Part shown: one piece after another, positions 38,416 through 48,536 of the stretch
Layout: every line of letters starts with the position of its first letter
How positions within the stretch are numbered: the first letter of the stretch is position 1
Source: an uncultured Chloroflexia bacterium
Lineage (GTDB): Bacteria > Chloroflexota > Limnocylindria > Limnocylindrales > CSP1-4
Direction: 5' to 3'
Length of the DNA stretch: 64,000 nucleotides
Assembly: GCA_963707395.1 (NCBI GenBank)
Contig: CAVPPQ010000020.1
Location: forward strand, 262,021 to 326,020
Translations under genes and position numbers: made by a program
Notes under the pieces: generated by a model
Databases searched by the model: none
The model's input: only the letters and a program-made list of their open reading frames with translations
Told to the model about the DNA's origin: nothing

Positions 38416-40493
38416 CCGAACCCGGCCGGGAGTCCCGGCACCTGCTCGACCTCTCCGACGAGGTCATCGTCCACGCCGTCAAGATGTCGCAGCGCTTCGG
38501 GCAGGACACGGAGTACTCGCGGGGCGGCGGCGGCAACTCCTCGGTGAAGGCCGATGGCGTCGTCTACATCAAGCCCAGCGGCGTGCCCCTGGCCACCCTC
38601 AACGCGGACGACCTGGTGCCGCTTGAGATGGCGCCGCTGCTGGACCTCCTCCATGGCCGCGCCGGCGCGGACGCCGAGGCCCGCCTGGAGGGTCAGCCCG
38701 ACCCGGTCATGCGCATGGCCGCAAGGGCCCGCCTGGCCGAGGCCAAGGGCCGCCGCCCCTCCGTGGAGCTGCTCTTCCACTCGCTCCTGCCCGAGCGCTT
38801 CGTTCTGCACACGCACCCCATCGTGCCCAACAGCGTGACCTGCAACCGGGATGGTGAGTCCATCGCGGCGCGCATCTTCGGCGATGAAGCGCTGTGGGTG
38901 CCCTACACGGACCCGGGGCTGCCCCTGGCGCGCGCCATCCGCGACCTGCGGGCGGCCTTCGAGGCACGCACCGGCACGCCTGCCCCCCGCGTCACGCTCA
39001 TGGGCAACCACGGCATCATCGTCACCGGTGACACGATCGACGAGGTCGCCGACCGCTGCCAGTTCGTCATGTCCACCGTGAGCGCGGAGCTGTCGCGCAA
39101 GGGCATCCTCGTGGACGGCCTGGGCCGAGCCCCGCGGCGCGTGGCCGACGACCCGGCCGCCGCTGCCGAGCTCGTGGCCACCGTCGCCCCGACGCTGCGC
39201 GGCCTGCTGGCCGGCGAGGGGCCGCTCAAGGTCGTGACCTACGACCAGGCGGCCCGGGCCGCCGACTACCTCGAATCGGACGCCGGCAAGGCGGCCGTGA
39301 GAGGCGGACCCCTCTCGCCCGACCAGATCGTCTATGCCGGCAGCTTCCCGCTGCTCTTCGAGCCACCAGCCGATGCGCCGGCGGAGGCCATCCCGGCGCT
39401 GCTACGCGAGGATCTCGCCCAGAACGTCGCCGACCACGGCACGCCGCCCATCATCACCGTCGTGCCCGGCCTGGGCATCTTCGCCGCGGGTGACACCTCC
39501 AAGGAGGCCGACCTCGCTCGCGGCATCTACCTGGACGCCATGCGCGTCTCGCAGGGTGCCGACGCCATCGGCCAGGTCCGCGCCCTGAGCGACGCGGAGC
39601 GCGGCTTCATCGAGACGTGGGAGGTGGAAGCCTACCGGCGCAACGCCGCCGCCTTCAGCCGTGACCGCGGCCGCTTCGGGGGTCGCATCGCACTCGTCAC
39701 CGGGGCCGCCCAGGGCTTCGGCCTGGAGATCGCCCGGGGCCTCGTGGTCGCCGGCGGGCACGTCATCCTGGGCGACGTCAACGCCACGCTGGCAGCCGAG
39801 CGGGCCGCCGAGCTGGAAGCCGCCCACGGCATCGGCCGCGCCTGGTCGGTGGCCATGGACGTCACGGATGAAGCCTCCGTGACCGCCGCGGTGCGCGCGA
39901 CCCTGGAGCGCTACGGCGGCCTCGACCTGCTCGTCTCCAACGCCGGCGTGCTGCGGGCGGGCTCGGTGACGGGTCAGTCCCTGGCCGACTTCGACCTCGT
40001 CACGCAGGTCAACTACCGCGGCTACTTCCTGGCCGTGCGGGCCGTGGCGCCCATCATGGCCCGTCAGCACGACGCGCGGCCAGACGTCCTGGCCGACATC
40101 ATCGAGATCAACTCCAAGTCGGGCCTGGAGGGCTCCAAGCGCAACTTCGCCTACGCCGGCTCCAAGTTCGGGGGCATCGGCCTGACCCAGTCCTTCGCCC
40201 TCGAGCTCATCGAGGACGGCATCAAGGTCAACGCCATCTGTCCCGGCAACTACCTCGACGGGCCGCTCTGGTCGGACCCGCAGAACGGGCTCTTCAGGCA
40301 ATACCTGCGCGAAGGCAAGGTGCCCGGCGCCCAGACCATCGACGATGTCCGTCACGCGTATGAGGCCAAGGTCCCCATGGGCCGTGGCTGCACCCCGGCG
40401 GACGTGCTGGAGGCCATCTACTACCTCGTCGCCCAGCAGTACGAGACCGGGCAGGCCCTGCCGGTCACAGGAGGCCAGGTGATGCTTTCGTGA
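38412..40493 (+). CDS. bifunctional class-II aldolase (rhamnulose-1-phosphate aldolase-like) / short-chain dehydrogenase (RhaEW-type)
   Basis: 693 aa; N-terminal class II aldolase/adducin domain (...LFHSLLPERFVLHTHP...). C-terminal SDR (IALVTGAAQGFGLEIARGL...YAGSKFGG...). Confidence 0.85.
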   Translation: MTEPGRESRHLLDLSDEVIVHAVKMSQRFGQDTEYSRGGGGNSSVKADGVVYIKPSGVPLATLNADDLVPLEMAPLLDLLHGRAGADAEARLEGQPDPVMRMAARARLAEAKGRRPSVELLFHSLLPERFVLHTHPIVPNSVTCNRDGESIAARIFGDEALWVPYTDPGLPLARAIRDLRAAFEARTGTPAPRVTLMGNHGIIVTGDTIDEVADRCQFVMSTVSAELSRKGILVDGLGRAPRRVADDPAAAAELVATVAPTLRGLLAGEGPLKVVTYDQAARAADYLESDAGKAAVRGGPLSPDQIVYAGSFPLLFEPPADAPAEAIPALLREDLAQNVADHGTPPIITVVPGLGIFAAGDTSKEADLARGIYLDAMRVSQGADAIGQVRALSDAERGFIETWEVEAYRRNAAAFSRDRGRFGGRIALVTGAAQGFGLEIARGLVVAGGHVILGDVNATLAAERAAELEAAHGIGRAWSVAMDVTDEASVTAAVRATLERYGGLDLLVSNAGVLRAGSVTGQSLADFDLVTQVNYRGYFLAVRAVAPIMARQHDARPDVLADIIEINSKSGLEGSKRNFAYAGSKFGGIGLTQSFALELIEDGIKVNAICPGNYLDGPLWSDPQNGLFRQYLREGKVPGAQTIDDVRHAYEAKVPMGRGCTPADVLEAIYYLVAQQYETGQALPVTGGQVMLS

Positions 40494-42268
40494 CGACGAC
40501 CGAGCCGTCGGCGCCCCTCCCGGCCACCCAGCGCGCCATCCAGTTCGTGGCCGCGGACACCGTCATCCTCAACCCGGCCAAGGGGGTCCCGGAGCTGCGG
40601 CCCTCGCAGGTCCTGGTCAAGGTGGAGGCGGTGGGCATCTGCTTCTCCGACACGAAGCTGCTGCACGCCTTCACGGACCATCCCCGCAAGGGCGAGGTGC
40701 AGGCTGGCCTGGACCCGGAGGTCCTGGCCGAGATCCCCAGCTACGTGCCCGGCGAGCTGCCCACGGTGCCCGGCCACGAGTGCTGCGGGCGCATCGTGGC
40801 CGTCGGTTCCGCGGTGCAGCACCACCGGGTGGGCGAGCGCGTCCTCGTGCAGACCGACTACCGGCACCTGCCCACGGCCACCTCCAATGCCTCCTTCGGC
40901 TACGACTTCGAGGGCGGGCTGCAGGAGTACGTGGTCATGGACGAGCGCGTCATCATGGACCCCGACACGGGCGAGCGCTTCCTCATCCCGGTGGCAGAGG
41001 CGCCCAGCGCTTCGGCAGTCGCGCTGCTGGAGCCGTGGGCCTGCGTGGAGCGCGCCTACGCCACCGAGGAGCGTGCCGCGCTGACGGCTGGTGGCCGCCT
41101 GCTGGTCGTGGCCGACGCCGGCCACGCCATCGACGGCCTGGCCGAGCTGATCGCCGAGTCTGCCCCGCAGGCGGTGGCCGCGCTGCTGGCAGAGAGCGCG
41201 CAGCGTGAGGCCCTCGTTGCCGAGCTTGGATCCGGCCTGGCCGCTGGATCCGGGATCGGCGGCATCGTCGAGACGGCCGACCTGGCGAGCCTGCCCGCCG
41301 GTTCATTCGATGACATCGTCTACTTCGGCGCGGACGCGTCCCGCGTGGAGACGCTGCAGGCGCTGCTGGCGCCCAAGGGCGTCATCGACCTCGTCCTCGG
41401 CGGCCAGCGCCTGGGCCGACCGGTCGAAGTCGACGTGGGGCGCATCCACTACGACCTCACCCGCTGGGTCGGCACGACCGGCACACTCGCTGCCGACGGC
41501 TACGCCATGGCGCCCGGCAGCGGGGAGCTGCGCGACGGCGAGCGCGTGGGCATCATCGGGGCCGCCGGTCCGATGGGCTTCATGCACGTCATCCGCGCCC
41601 TCGCTTCTGGCCGGCCGGGGCTGGCCGTGACCGCGGTCGACATCGACGACGCACGCCTGGCCCACCTCGCGGAGGTGGCCACCCCCCTGGCCGAGGCCCG
41701 CGGCGTCTCGTTCGCCTGGCTCAACAGCCGGGTGGCGCAGCCCGATCCCGGCTTCACCCGGGTCGGCGTCATGGTGCCCTCCCCCGCCCTCGCGGCGGAG
41801 GCCGTGCAGCTCGCCGGCCAGGGCGCCATCGTCGACCTCTTCGCCGGCTTCGCCATCGGCACGCGCGCCCCGCTGGACATGGACGAGATGGTGCGCAAGG
41901 GCGTCTATCTCATCGGCACCAGCGGCTCGATGATCAGCGACATGAAGGCCGTGCTGGCCAAGCTGGAGGCGGGGGCGCTGGACACGAACATCAGCGTCGA
42001 CGCCGTCTCCGGCCTGGATGGCGTGGCCGATGCGCTGGCAGCGGTCCAGGCGCGCACCTCCGGGGGCAAGATCGTCATCTACCCGATGCTCTCAGGCGTC
42101 GGCATGCTGAAGCTGCCGGAGTTGGCCTCGAGCCTCCCGGACGTGGCCGCGGCGCTCGATCGCGGGCTCTGGACGCGCGCCGCCGAGGAAGCGCTGCTGG
42201 CGGTCGCCGGGCCGGGAGCGGGCGATGCCGCGGGCACACCAGGGGCCGGGCGGACCCAGGAGGACTGA
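40490..42268 (+). CDS. medium-chain (Zn) dehydrogenase/reductase with duplicated nucleotide-binding region (592 aa)
   Basis: GICFSDTK...GHECCGRIVAVG is a Zn-ADH catalytic domain. Two Rossmann-like segments follow (GGRLLVVADAGHAIDGL... and GERVGIIGAAGPMGFMHVIRAL...). GTG start overlaps the upstream stop. Confidence 0.7.
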   Translation: MTTTEPSAPLPATQRAIQFVAADTVILNPAKGVPELRPSQVLVKVEAVGICFSDTKLLHAFTDHPRKGEVQAGLDPEVLAEIPSYVPGELPTVPGHECCGRIVAVGSAVQHHRVGERVLVQTDYRHLPTATSNASFGYDFEGGLQEYVVMDERVIMDPDTGERFLIPVAEAPSASAVALLEPWACVERAYATEERAALTAGGRLLVVADAGHAIDGLAELIAESAPQAVAALLAESAQREALVAELGSGLAAGSGIGGIVETADLASLPAGSFDDIVYFGADASRVETLQALLAPKGVIDLVLGGQRLGRPVEVDVGRIHYDLTRWVGTTGTLAADGYAMAPGSGELRDGERVGIIGAAGPMGFMHVIRALASGRPGLAVTAVDIDDARLAHLAEVATPLAEARGVSFAWLNSRVAQPDPGFTRVGVMVPSPALAAEAVQLAGQGAIVDLFAGFAIGTRAPLDMDEMVRKGVYLIGTSGSMISDMKAVLAKLEAGALDTNISVDAVSGLDGVADALAAVQARTSGGKIVIYPMLSGVGMLKLPELASSLPDVAAALDRGLWTRAAEEALLAVAGPGAGDAAGTPGAGRTQED

Positions 42269-42269
42269 C

Positions 42270-43757
42270 ATGACCGACCGACGGGGGCTCCGCTACGTGG
42301 CGCTCGACTTCGGGGCTGAAAGTGGCCGCACGATCGTGGGTCGCTTCGACGGGGACCAGCTCTCCATCGAGCCCGTGCATCGCTACCCCAACGTCCCGGT
42401 GCGCATGGGCGGCACGCTCTACTGGGACTTCCCCCGCCAGTTCGGGGACATCCTGGGTGGGCTGGAGCGGGCCGCCGTGGACGGGCCGGTGGCCTCGGTG
42501 GCGGTGGACACCTGGGGCGTCGACTACGGCTTCATCGACGCCAGGGGGCGCCTGCTGGGCAACCCCGTCCACTACCGCGACACGCGTCACGAGAAGATGC
42601 CGGAGGTCGCCTTCGGGATCGTCCCGCGGGAGGAGGTCTACGCGGCCACGGGCATCCAGTTCATGTCCATCAACACGCTCTTCCAGCTGCTCAGCGAGGT
42701 GCAGGCGGGCGATCCCCTCCTCGACCAGGCGGACCGGCTGCTGATGATGCCGGACCTCTTCAACCACTTCCTCTGCGGCAGCGACGTGGCCGAGTACACC
42801 GAGGCCACCACGAGCCAGTGCCTGGACCCCTGGACGCGCGACTGGGCCCGTCCGCTCCTCGATCGTCTCGGCATCCCTACCGGCTTCCTGCCGGAGGTCG
42901 TACCGCCGGGCACCATCCTCGGCGAGCTGCTGCCCGACGTCGCCGGGCAGGTCGGCCTCTCCGGCACGAAGGTCGTGGCCGCGGCGGCCCACGACACCGC
43001 CTCTGCCGTGGCCGGCACGCCGCTGGCGGGCCCATCGACCGCCTACATCTCGTCCGGCACCTGGTCGCTGGTAGGCCTGGAGGTGCCTGGGCCGGTGGTG
43101 GACGAGCGCGCCCTGGCCGCCAACGTCACCAACGAGGGCGGCTACGGCGGCACCATCACGCTGCTCAAGAACGTCATGGGCCTCTGGTTCGTGCAGCAGT
43201 GCCGCAGCGCACTCTGGGCACCAGACGCAAGGCCCTCCTACGAGGAGCTCTCCGCGATGGCGGCGAGCGGGCCCACCGGCACGGCCTTCGTGGACCCCAC
43301 GGACGGCCGCTTCCTATGGCCCGGTGACATGCCCGCCCGGGTTCGAGAGTTCTGCGCGGAGACCGGGCAGCCCGTGCCCCAGGACACGCCCACCCTGCTG
43401 CGGGTCATCCTCGAATCGCTGGCCCTGCGCTATGCCGTCGTCTTCGACGAGCTGGAGGCCGTCACCGGCCAGCCCATCGACCAGATCCACATCGTCGGTG
43501 GCGGTGTCCACAACACCCTGCTCTGCCAGCTGACCGCCGACGCCAGCGGCCGGCAGGTGGTGGCCGGGCCGGTGGAGGCCACGGCCATCGGCAACATCGC
43601 CACCCAGGCCATCGCGGCAGGAGAGCTGCGGGACATCGGCCAGGCGCGCGAGCTCATCGCGCGCTCGTTCCCGACCACGACCTACGATCCGTCGGGCGAC
43701 TGGTCGCAGGCGCGGGCACGGTATGCGGTCATGCAGGCGTCGCGCTCGCAGGCCTGA
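42270..43757 (+). CDS. rhaB: rhamnulokinase (FGGY family)
   Basis: YVALDFGAESGRTIVGRFDGDQLSIEPVHRYPNVPVRMGGTLYWDF...; C-terminal ...IHIVGGGVHNTLLCQLTADASGRQVVAGPVEATAIGN is the FGGY ATP-binding region. Confidence 0.8.
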   Translation: MTDRRGLRYVALDFGAESGRTIVGRFDGDQLSIEPVHRYPNVPVRMGGTLYWDFPRQFGDILGGLERAAVDGPVASVAVDTWGVDYGFIDARGRLLGNPVHYRDTRHEKMPEVAFGIVPREEVYAATGIQFMSINTLFQLLSEVQAGDPLLDQADRLLMMPDLFNHFLCGSDVAEYTEATTSQCLDPWTRDWARPLLDRLGIPTGFLPEVVPPGTILGELLPDVAGQVGLSGTKVVAAAAHDTASAVAGTPLAGPSTAYISSGTWSLVGLEVPGPVVDERALAANVTNEGGYGGTITLLKNVMGLWFVQQCRSALWAPDARPSYEELSAMAASGPTGTAFVDPTDGRFLWPGDMPARVREFCAETGQPVPQDTPTLLRVILESLALRYAVVFDELEAVTGQPIDQIHIVGGGVHNTLLCQLTADASGRQVVAGPVEATAIGNIATQAIAAGELRDIGQARELIARSFPTTTYDPSGDWSQARARYAVMQASRSQA

Positions 43758-43826
43758 GGCGCGCGTAGACTCGAGGGGAGTGATAGCTCCCGGCCCGCGG
43801 GGCCGAGGAGGGGAAGGAGCGGTCGA

Positions 43827-44690
43827 ATGAACAAGATCGGGATCCATGCTCTGGTGTGGGCCGGCAGCTGGGGCGCCAAGGAGTGCGAGTACAGCGTCGC
43901 CAGCAGCAAGGAGGCGGGCTACGACCTGGTCGAGTTCCCCGTCTTCCAGCCGGCGGCCATGGACATCGAGGCCATCCAGCGGGCCCTCTCGGCCAACGGC
44001 ATGACGGCCACCTGCTCGATCGGCCTCTCGTTCGACAAGGACATCAACAGCGAGGACCCGGAGGTGGTGGCACGCGGTGAGGCGCTCCTCCACGACGCCC
44101 TCATGGCCGCCCGCGACCTGGGCTCGCCGTACCTCGGCGGTGTCATCTTCAGCGCTCTCGGGCCCTACTCATCCATGCCCACGGAGCGCAGCCGACGCAA
44201 CTCCATCGACGCCATCCGCCGTCTCGCGGAGAAGGCCGCGCCGCTGGACATCACCCTGGGCCTGGAGTTCGTGAATCGCTACGAATCCAACCTTCTCAAC
44301 ACGACCGCCCAGACGCTCGACTTCATCGAGGAGGTCGGCCTGCCCAACGTGGTCGTGCACGCCGACTCGTACCACATGAACATCGAGGAGAACGACTTCC
44401 GCTCGCCCATCGTGGCCGGTGGCGACAAGATCGGCTACGTCCACATCGGCGAGAACCACCGCGGCTACCTGGGCTCCGGGCACATCGACTTCCCGCAGCT
44501 CTTCGGGGCGCTCGTGGAGATCGGCTACGAGGGTGTCATCACCTTCGAGTCCTTCTCTTCGGCGGTCGTGGACGAGGATCTCTCCACCATCCTGCGCATC
44601 TGGCGCAACGTCTGGAGCGACGGCATGGATCTCGCCAAGCAGGCCCGCGGCTTCATCCGCGAGCAGATGGCGGCCGCCACACAGGGCTGA
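43827..44690 (+). CDS. xylose-isomerase-like TIM-barrel protein, ketose 3-epimerase (D-tagatose/D-psicose epimerase) family
   Basis: GIHALVWAGSWGAKECEYSVASSKEAGYDLVE... and LEFVNRYESNLLNTTAQTLDFIEEVGLPNVVVHADSYHMNIEE match the DTE/DPE family block for block (metal ligands E/D/H/E). Confidence 0.75.
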   Translation: MNKIGIHALVWAGSWGAKECEYSVASSKEAGYDLVEFPVFQPAAMDIEAIQRALSANGMTATCSIGLSFDKDINSEDPEVVARGEALLHDALMAARDLGSPYLGGVIFSALGPYSSMPTERSRRNSIDAIRRLAEKAAPLDITLGLEFVNRYESNLLNTTAQTLDFIEEVGLPNVVVHADSYHMNIEENDFRSPIVAGGDKIGYVHIGENHRGYLGSGHIDFPQLFGALVEIGYEGVITFESFSSAVVDEDLSTILRIWRNVWSDGMDLAKQARGFIREQMAAATQG

Positions 44691-44700
44691 CGGGCCGGGG

Positions 44701-46086
44701 TCAGCTGTTGGCCCCGACGCGCCATCGCTCCACGTAGCGAACCAAGCCGTCTCGATAGGCGCCCTCCGGTGACGGATGCGGGCTGTGGTCCAAGAGGGGC
44801 CGCGCACTATCGGCGGCCAGCAGCGCTGCGCCGATCGACGTGCCGGTAGCCGAGCCGACCGACGACATCACCGGCCTGCCACTCGCCGCGGCGACGAGAT
44901 CGAGGAACAGCGTGTTCCTGGCGAATGGCCCCTCGGTCAGGATCGGACCTTCAGCACCGGTCAGCTCGAGACACGTCAGGGCCATCATCGCCAGATAGAG
45001 CGAGGCGACTGCCGTCCGCTCACCATCGCTCAGCTCGAGTGCCGGCACCGACCAGGTGGATCGTCGCCCCTGGAACGGGCCGGACGTTGAGACGACGGCG
45101 GGGCTGAGCGTCACGCACTGGTCCAGGACGGCCGTGATATCAGCCCTGGTCGGGGTCACCGGCGCGCCGGAGGTGAGCATCTCGAACTCGCGGCCGCCCA
45201 TGAAGCGGGCCGATGGCACCGGGTCACCGAAGGCGTTCACGTTCATCAGCGTGTCTCGCGCCGGGTCGAGCGGCCGCGGCGTTCCGCCGATGGCCATGGT
45301 GATCACCCATGTCCCGGTCGAGATGACGGAGAACGGCGCGCTTCGCCCCATCAGGTGCGGGTAGAGCGAGGCGTTGCTGTCGTGGATGCCACAGGTGACC
45401 GGCGTGGACTGCGGCAGACCCGTTGCCTGTGCCACATCAGGCAAGAGGTTTCCGACGAGGTCCCACGCCTTGCGGATCGGCGGGAACCTGCCATCCAGGC
45501 CGAGCTTATCGACCAGGTCAGAGAAGTTGCGTTCTCGCGGCAGCCACAGGTCGGTGTGGCATCCCAACGATGCGACCTCCGTGCACCACGTGCCCGTGAG
45601 GCGGCCCACCCAGTACTGGGGATAGGTGACCACGTTGGCGATACGAGCGCGTAGCTCCGGACGGGTGCTGAGCAGCCAGTGCAGCTGCGCCCCCAGGTTG
45701 AAGCCGTGCGGCAGACGAGGGGACCCGCTCTTCGCGAAGCTGGGGCGAAGCGAGTCGTATTCGTCGGCCAGATCGTCTGGCCCGTCGTGCTCGTAGTCGA
45801 GCAGCGGAAGGACCGGCGTTCCCTCCTCATCAAGGAGCATCGCCGCCGCGCCGTGGGTCGTCGCGGTGATGGCGTCCACCCCGTGTCGGACCTGGAACCT
45901 GCTCAAGGCGTCGATGAGGAAGCGCCAGAGGGCCTCGGTGTCGTGATGCGGGAAGGGGTCATCGCGGAGAACGGCGTTCGGTGTCTCGCGCACGTCGATC
46001 TCGCGCAGATCCAGCAGGTCCACCAGGGCGACCTTCGCATGGGTCTTGCCGATGTCGATGACCGCCACGTTCCGGGCTCGGGTCAT
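44701..46086 (-). CDS. FGGY-family carbohydrate kinase (second kinase of locus)
   Basis: 461 aa; VAVIDIGKTHAKVALV..., ...GIHDSNASL...VISTGTWVI..., C-terminal ...GSATGTSIGAALLA. Confidence 0.75.
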   Translation of the reverse strand: MTRARNVAVIDIGKTHAKVALVDLLDLREIDVRETPNAVLRDDPFPHHDTEALWRFLIDALSRFQVRHGVDAITATTHGAAAMLLDEEGTPVLPLLDYEHDGPDDLADEYDSLRPSFAKSGSPRLPHGFNLGAQLHWLLSTRPELRARIANVVTYPQYWVGRLTGTWCTEVASLGCHTDLWLPRERNFSDLVDKLGLDGRFPPIRKAWDLVGNLLPDVAQATGLPQSTPVTCGIHDSNASLYPHLMGRSAPFSVISTGTWVITMAIGGTPRPLDPARDTLMNVNAFGDPVPSARFMGGREFEMLTSGAPVTPTRADITAVLDQCVTLSPAVVSTSGPFQGRRSTWSVPALELSDGERTAVASLYLAMMALTCLELTGAEGPILTEGPFARNTLFLDLVAAASGRPVMSSVGSATGTSIGAALLAADSARPLLDHSPHPSPEGAYRDGLVRYVERWRVGANS

Positions 46087-46116
46087 GGCCGATGGATCCT
46101 GGTCCGCGGGTCCGTC

Positions 46117-47127
46117 TCAGTCACCTTCGATCCGGAGGGTCTCGACCAGGGTCCGGATGTTCGCGATCGGGATGTCCGGCGGCAACCGGTGGGTTGGCCC
46201 GGCGATGTACCCACCGGACGCTCCCAGGAGCGCCACCGTGTCTTCGATCTTCTTCCGAAGCACCTCGGGCGGATCGAACGGCAGGTCGCGCTGCGTGCTG
46301 ATGCCACCCCAGAAGGTCAACCGATCCCCGAACTCGGCCTTCAGCCTCCTGAGGTCGTAGATCTCCGGCTGGACCGTCTGATAGATGTCCAGGCCGATGT
46401 CGATGAACTCCGGCAGGAGGTCGGTGATGTTGCCGCAGGAGTGCAGCGCGACGATCTTGCCCCTCGACTTGACCCGCGAGAACATCGTGGCCCAGCCTTC
46501 CTTGAAGAACGTGCGCCACATCCGCGGGCTCATCAGCAACCCGTTCTGCTGACCGTAGTCGTCGCCGAAGTAGAAGCCGTCGATCCCGGAGTCGATGACC
46601 GAGTCGATGATCTTCAGGTTGTAGCTGAGCACCTTGGCGAGGATCTCCTTCACGAAGTCCTCGTCTGCCGCCAGGTACATGAGCATGTTCTGGAACCCAC
46701 ACAGGCTCCACGCTCGCTCGAAGTAGGTCGTGCCGATCTTCCCGAACAGCACCGCGTCACCACGAGTGGCGAGAGCGCGATCGACCGACCGCACCATCTC
46801 GTCCAGGTCGGGCTCCGGGAAGACGTACGAGTCGTCGTGGGGGCTCACGAGCTCGGCGGTCGGGATGCCGATGTCCTTGTCATCCCCGGTGCGGTCCCAC
46901 TCCACCCCGAACTCGTCCGTGAAGTAGCCCTCGCGTTCCGACCTGCCGCCGATGTTGAAGCCCACCTTCTGGCAGTGGTTGCCCAGGTACGCCTCGAACT
47001 CCGCAGGGTCCATCGCGTAGGCAGCGCAGGTCTTCGCCAGCTGAGCGCTGGTGAACTCGATGGCGTAGGGAACCCGATCCGGCTGGCTGTGCCCGATCGC
47101 TGTCAGCGTGCGCTCTCGTCGTGACAT
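46117..47127 (-). CDS. uroporphyrinogen-decarboxylase (URO-D/MtaA-like) family protein
   Basis: MSRRERTLTAIGHSQPDRVPYAIEFTSAQLAKT... and ...IVALHSCGNITDLLPEFIDIGLDIY... resemble the URO-D/methyltransferase MtaA family fold. Confidence 0.65.
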   Translation of the reverse strand: MSRRERTLTAIGHSQPDRVPYAIEFTSAQLAKTCAAYAMDPAEFEAYLGNHCQKVGFNIGGRSEREGYFTDEFGVEWDRTGDDKDIGIPTAELVSPHDDSYVFPEPDLDEMVRSVDRALATRGDAVLFGKIGTTYFERAWSLCGFQNMLMYLAADEDFVKEILAKVLSYNLKIIDSVIDSGIDGFYFGDDYGQQNGLLMSPRMWRTFFKEGWATMFSRVKSRGKIVALHSCGNITDLLPEFIDIGLDIYQTVQPEIYDLRRLKAEFGDRLTFWGGISTQRDLPFDPPEVLRKKIEDTVALLGASGGYIAGPTHRLPPDIPIANIRTLVETLRIEGD

Positions 47128-47304
47128 GGGACTCCTTGCGATGCGCGCAGCCTGGCCGGATCCCGGCCCAGGCTCAAGAAGGGGTTCTGCCGCCGTCGCC
47201 GAGCGATGCGCCATGAACGAAGAAGCCGGGGCGCCACGTGGGCACCCCGGCGCTGGTGGCTCGGTCAGGCCCGGTCCTGGATGGACCGAGCATGGACCCC
47301 CAGA

Positions 47305-48423
47305 CTAGAAGTCGAAGTCGTTGATGTTGTCAGGGCCGTAGATGAAGGGTGGGCCAAGCAGCACTTCGCTGCCGTTCACGACCTGGAGGTCGCCGAGGCG
47401 GCCCGCCGCGACACTGGTGTCACCGGGCTTGAAGGTGCCATCCACGACGGCACGCATGACGTAGGTGGCGGCATAGCCGAGGTCCACCGGGTTCCACAGC
47501 ACGACCGACTTGACGCAACCGTCCTGGACGTACGGCTTCATCGCGTTGGGGGTGGCCAGGCCGATGACCGAGACCTTGCCGCAGGCCTCTGCCTGGGTCA
47601 CGGCATCAGCGGCGGCCGGGGTGGCCACGCTGGTCATGCCGAAGATGCCCTGGATGCCATCGCCGTACTTGTTGAGGAGCGTCTGGGCCTGGCTGAAGGA
47701 CAGCGGGCCGTCCTCCTGGGCCTCAAGCGTCTCCAGCCACTTCAGGTTGGGGTAGCACTTCATGGCATAGGCTTCCATCTCGGCGATCCAGCGCGCCTGG
47801 TTCGGCGTGGTGAACGTGCTGGTCACGATGCCGAAGGCAGCGGAGTCGCCCTGCTCGGCGACGAGGCTGTCGATCATGGCCTTGCCGATGCCGTTGAACT
47901 CGGCCTGGTTGACGAACCACTCGCGTGCCTCAGGCACGGAGTTGGCGTCGTAGCCGACGACATGGATGCCGGCCTCAAGGGCCTTGGTCAGGACCGGGCC
48001 GATGGCCACCGGATCGTTGGCGGCGAAGAGGACGCCGTCCACACCCTGGGTGATGTAGTTGTCGATGAAGGTGATCTGCTCATCGATGTTGGCGTTCGTG
48101 GGACCGTCGTTGATGACTTCCACGTTGCCTAGCTCAGCAGCAGCTTCCTGCATGCCCTTGGCGGTGGCATTGAAGTAGCCGATGCCGATGAGCTTGGGGA
48201 TGTCGACGACGGTGATCGGCTGGCCGGCCTTGTCAGGCGGGTTGACAGCCATGCCACCGTTGAAGTCCATGGCCGCCGGCGCGGGCGCCGCCTCGTCAGG
48301 CGTGCACGGCAGCGGGTTGGTCGGCAGGTCGTCGCCGCCGGCCCAGCGGTCCTGGGCTGCGACGCTGGCGAACGAGCCGAACGTCAGGCCGATGACCGCG
48401 GTCAGGGTGATGATCTTGCGCAT
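47305..48423 (-). CDS. sugar ABC transporter substrate-binding protein (RbsB/RhaS-like periplasmic binding protein)
   Basis: Signal peptide MRKIITLTAVIGLTFGSFASVAA; ...ITVVDIPKLIGIGYFNATAKGMQEAAAELG... is a type I PBP fold; RBS GGAG upstream of the 48423 start. Confidence 0.85.
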   Translation of the reverse strand: MRKIITLTAVIGLTFGSFASVAAQDRWAGGDDLPTNPLPCTPDEAAPAPAAMDFNGGMAVNPPDKAGQPITVVDIPKLIGIGYFNATAKGMQEAAAELGNVEVINDGPTNANIDEQITFIDNYITQGVDGVLFAANDPVAIGPVLTKALEAGIHVVGYDANSVPEAREWFVNQAEFNGIGKAMIDSLVAEQGDSAAFGIVTSTFTTPNQARWIAEMEAYAMKCYPNLKWLETLEAQEDGPLSFSQAQTLLNKYGDGIQGIFGMTSVATPAAADAVTQAEACGKVSVIGLATPNAMKPYVQDGCVKSVVLWNPVDLGYAATYVMRAVVDGTFKPGDTSVAAGRLGDLQVVNGSEVLLGPPFIYGPDNINDFDF

Positions 48424-48536
48424 CTTGACAGTCCATCTCCTCATGTGGTCGAACTGGACATTGCGTGCCGGTCCAACGGGGACCGACGGATCCGATGGGA
48501 CTCCCGAGTCACCTCCTCTCGACGGGCATGGTAGCC

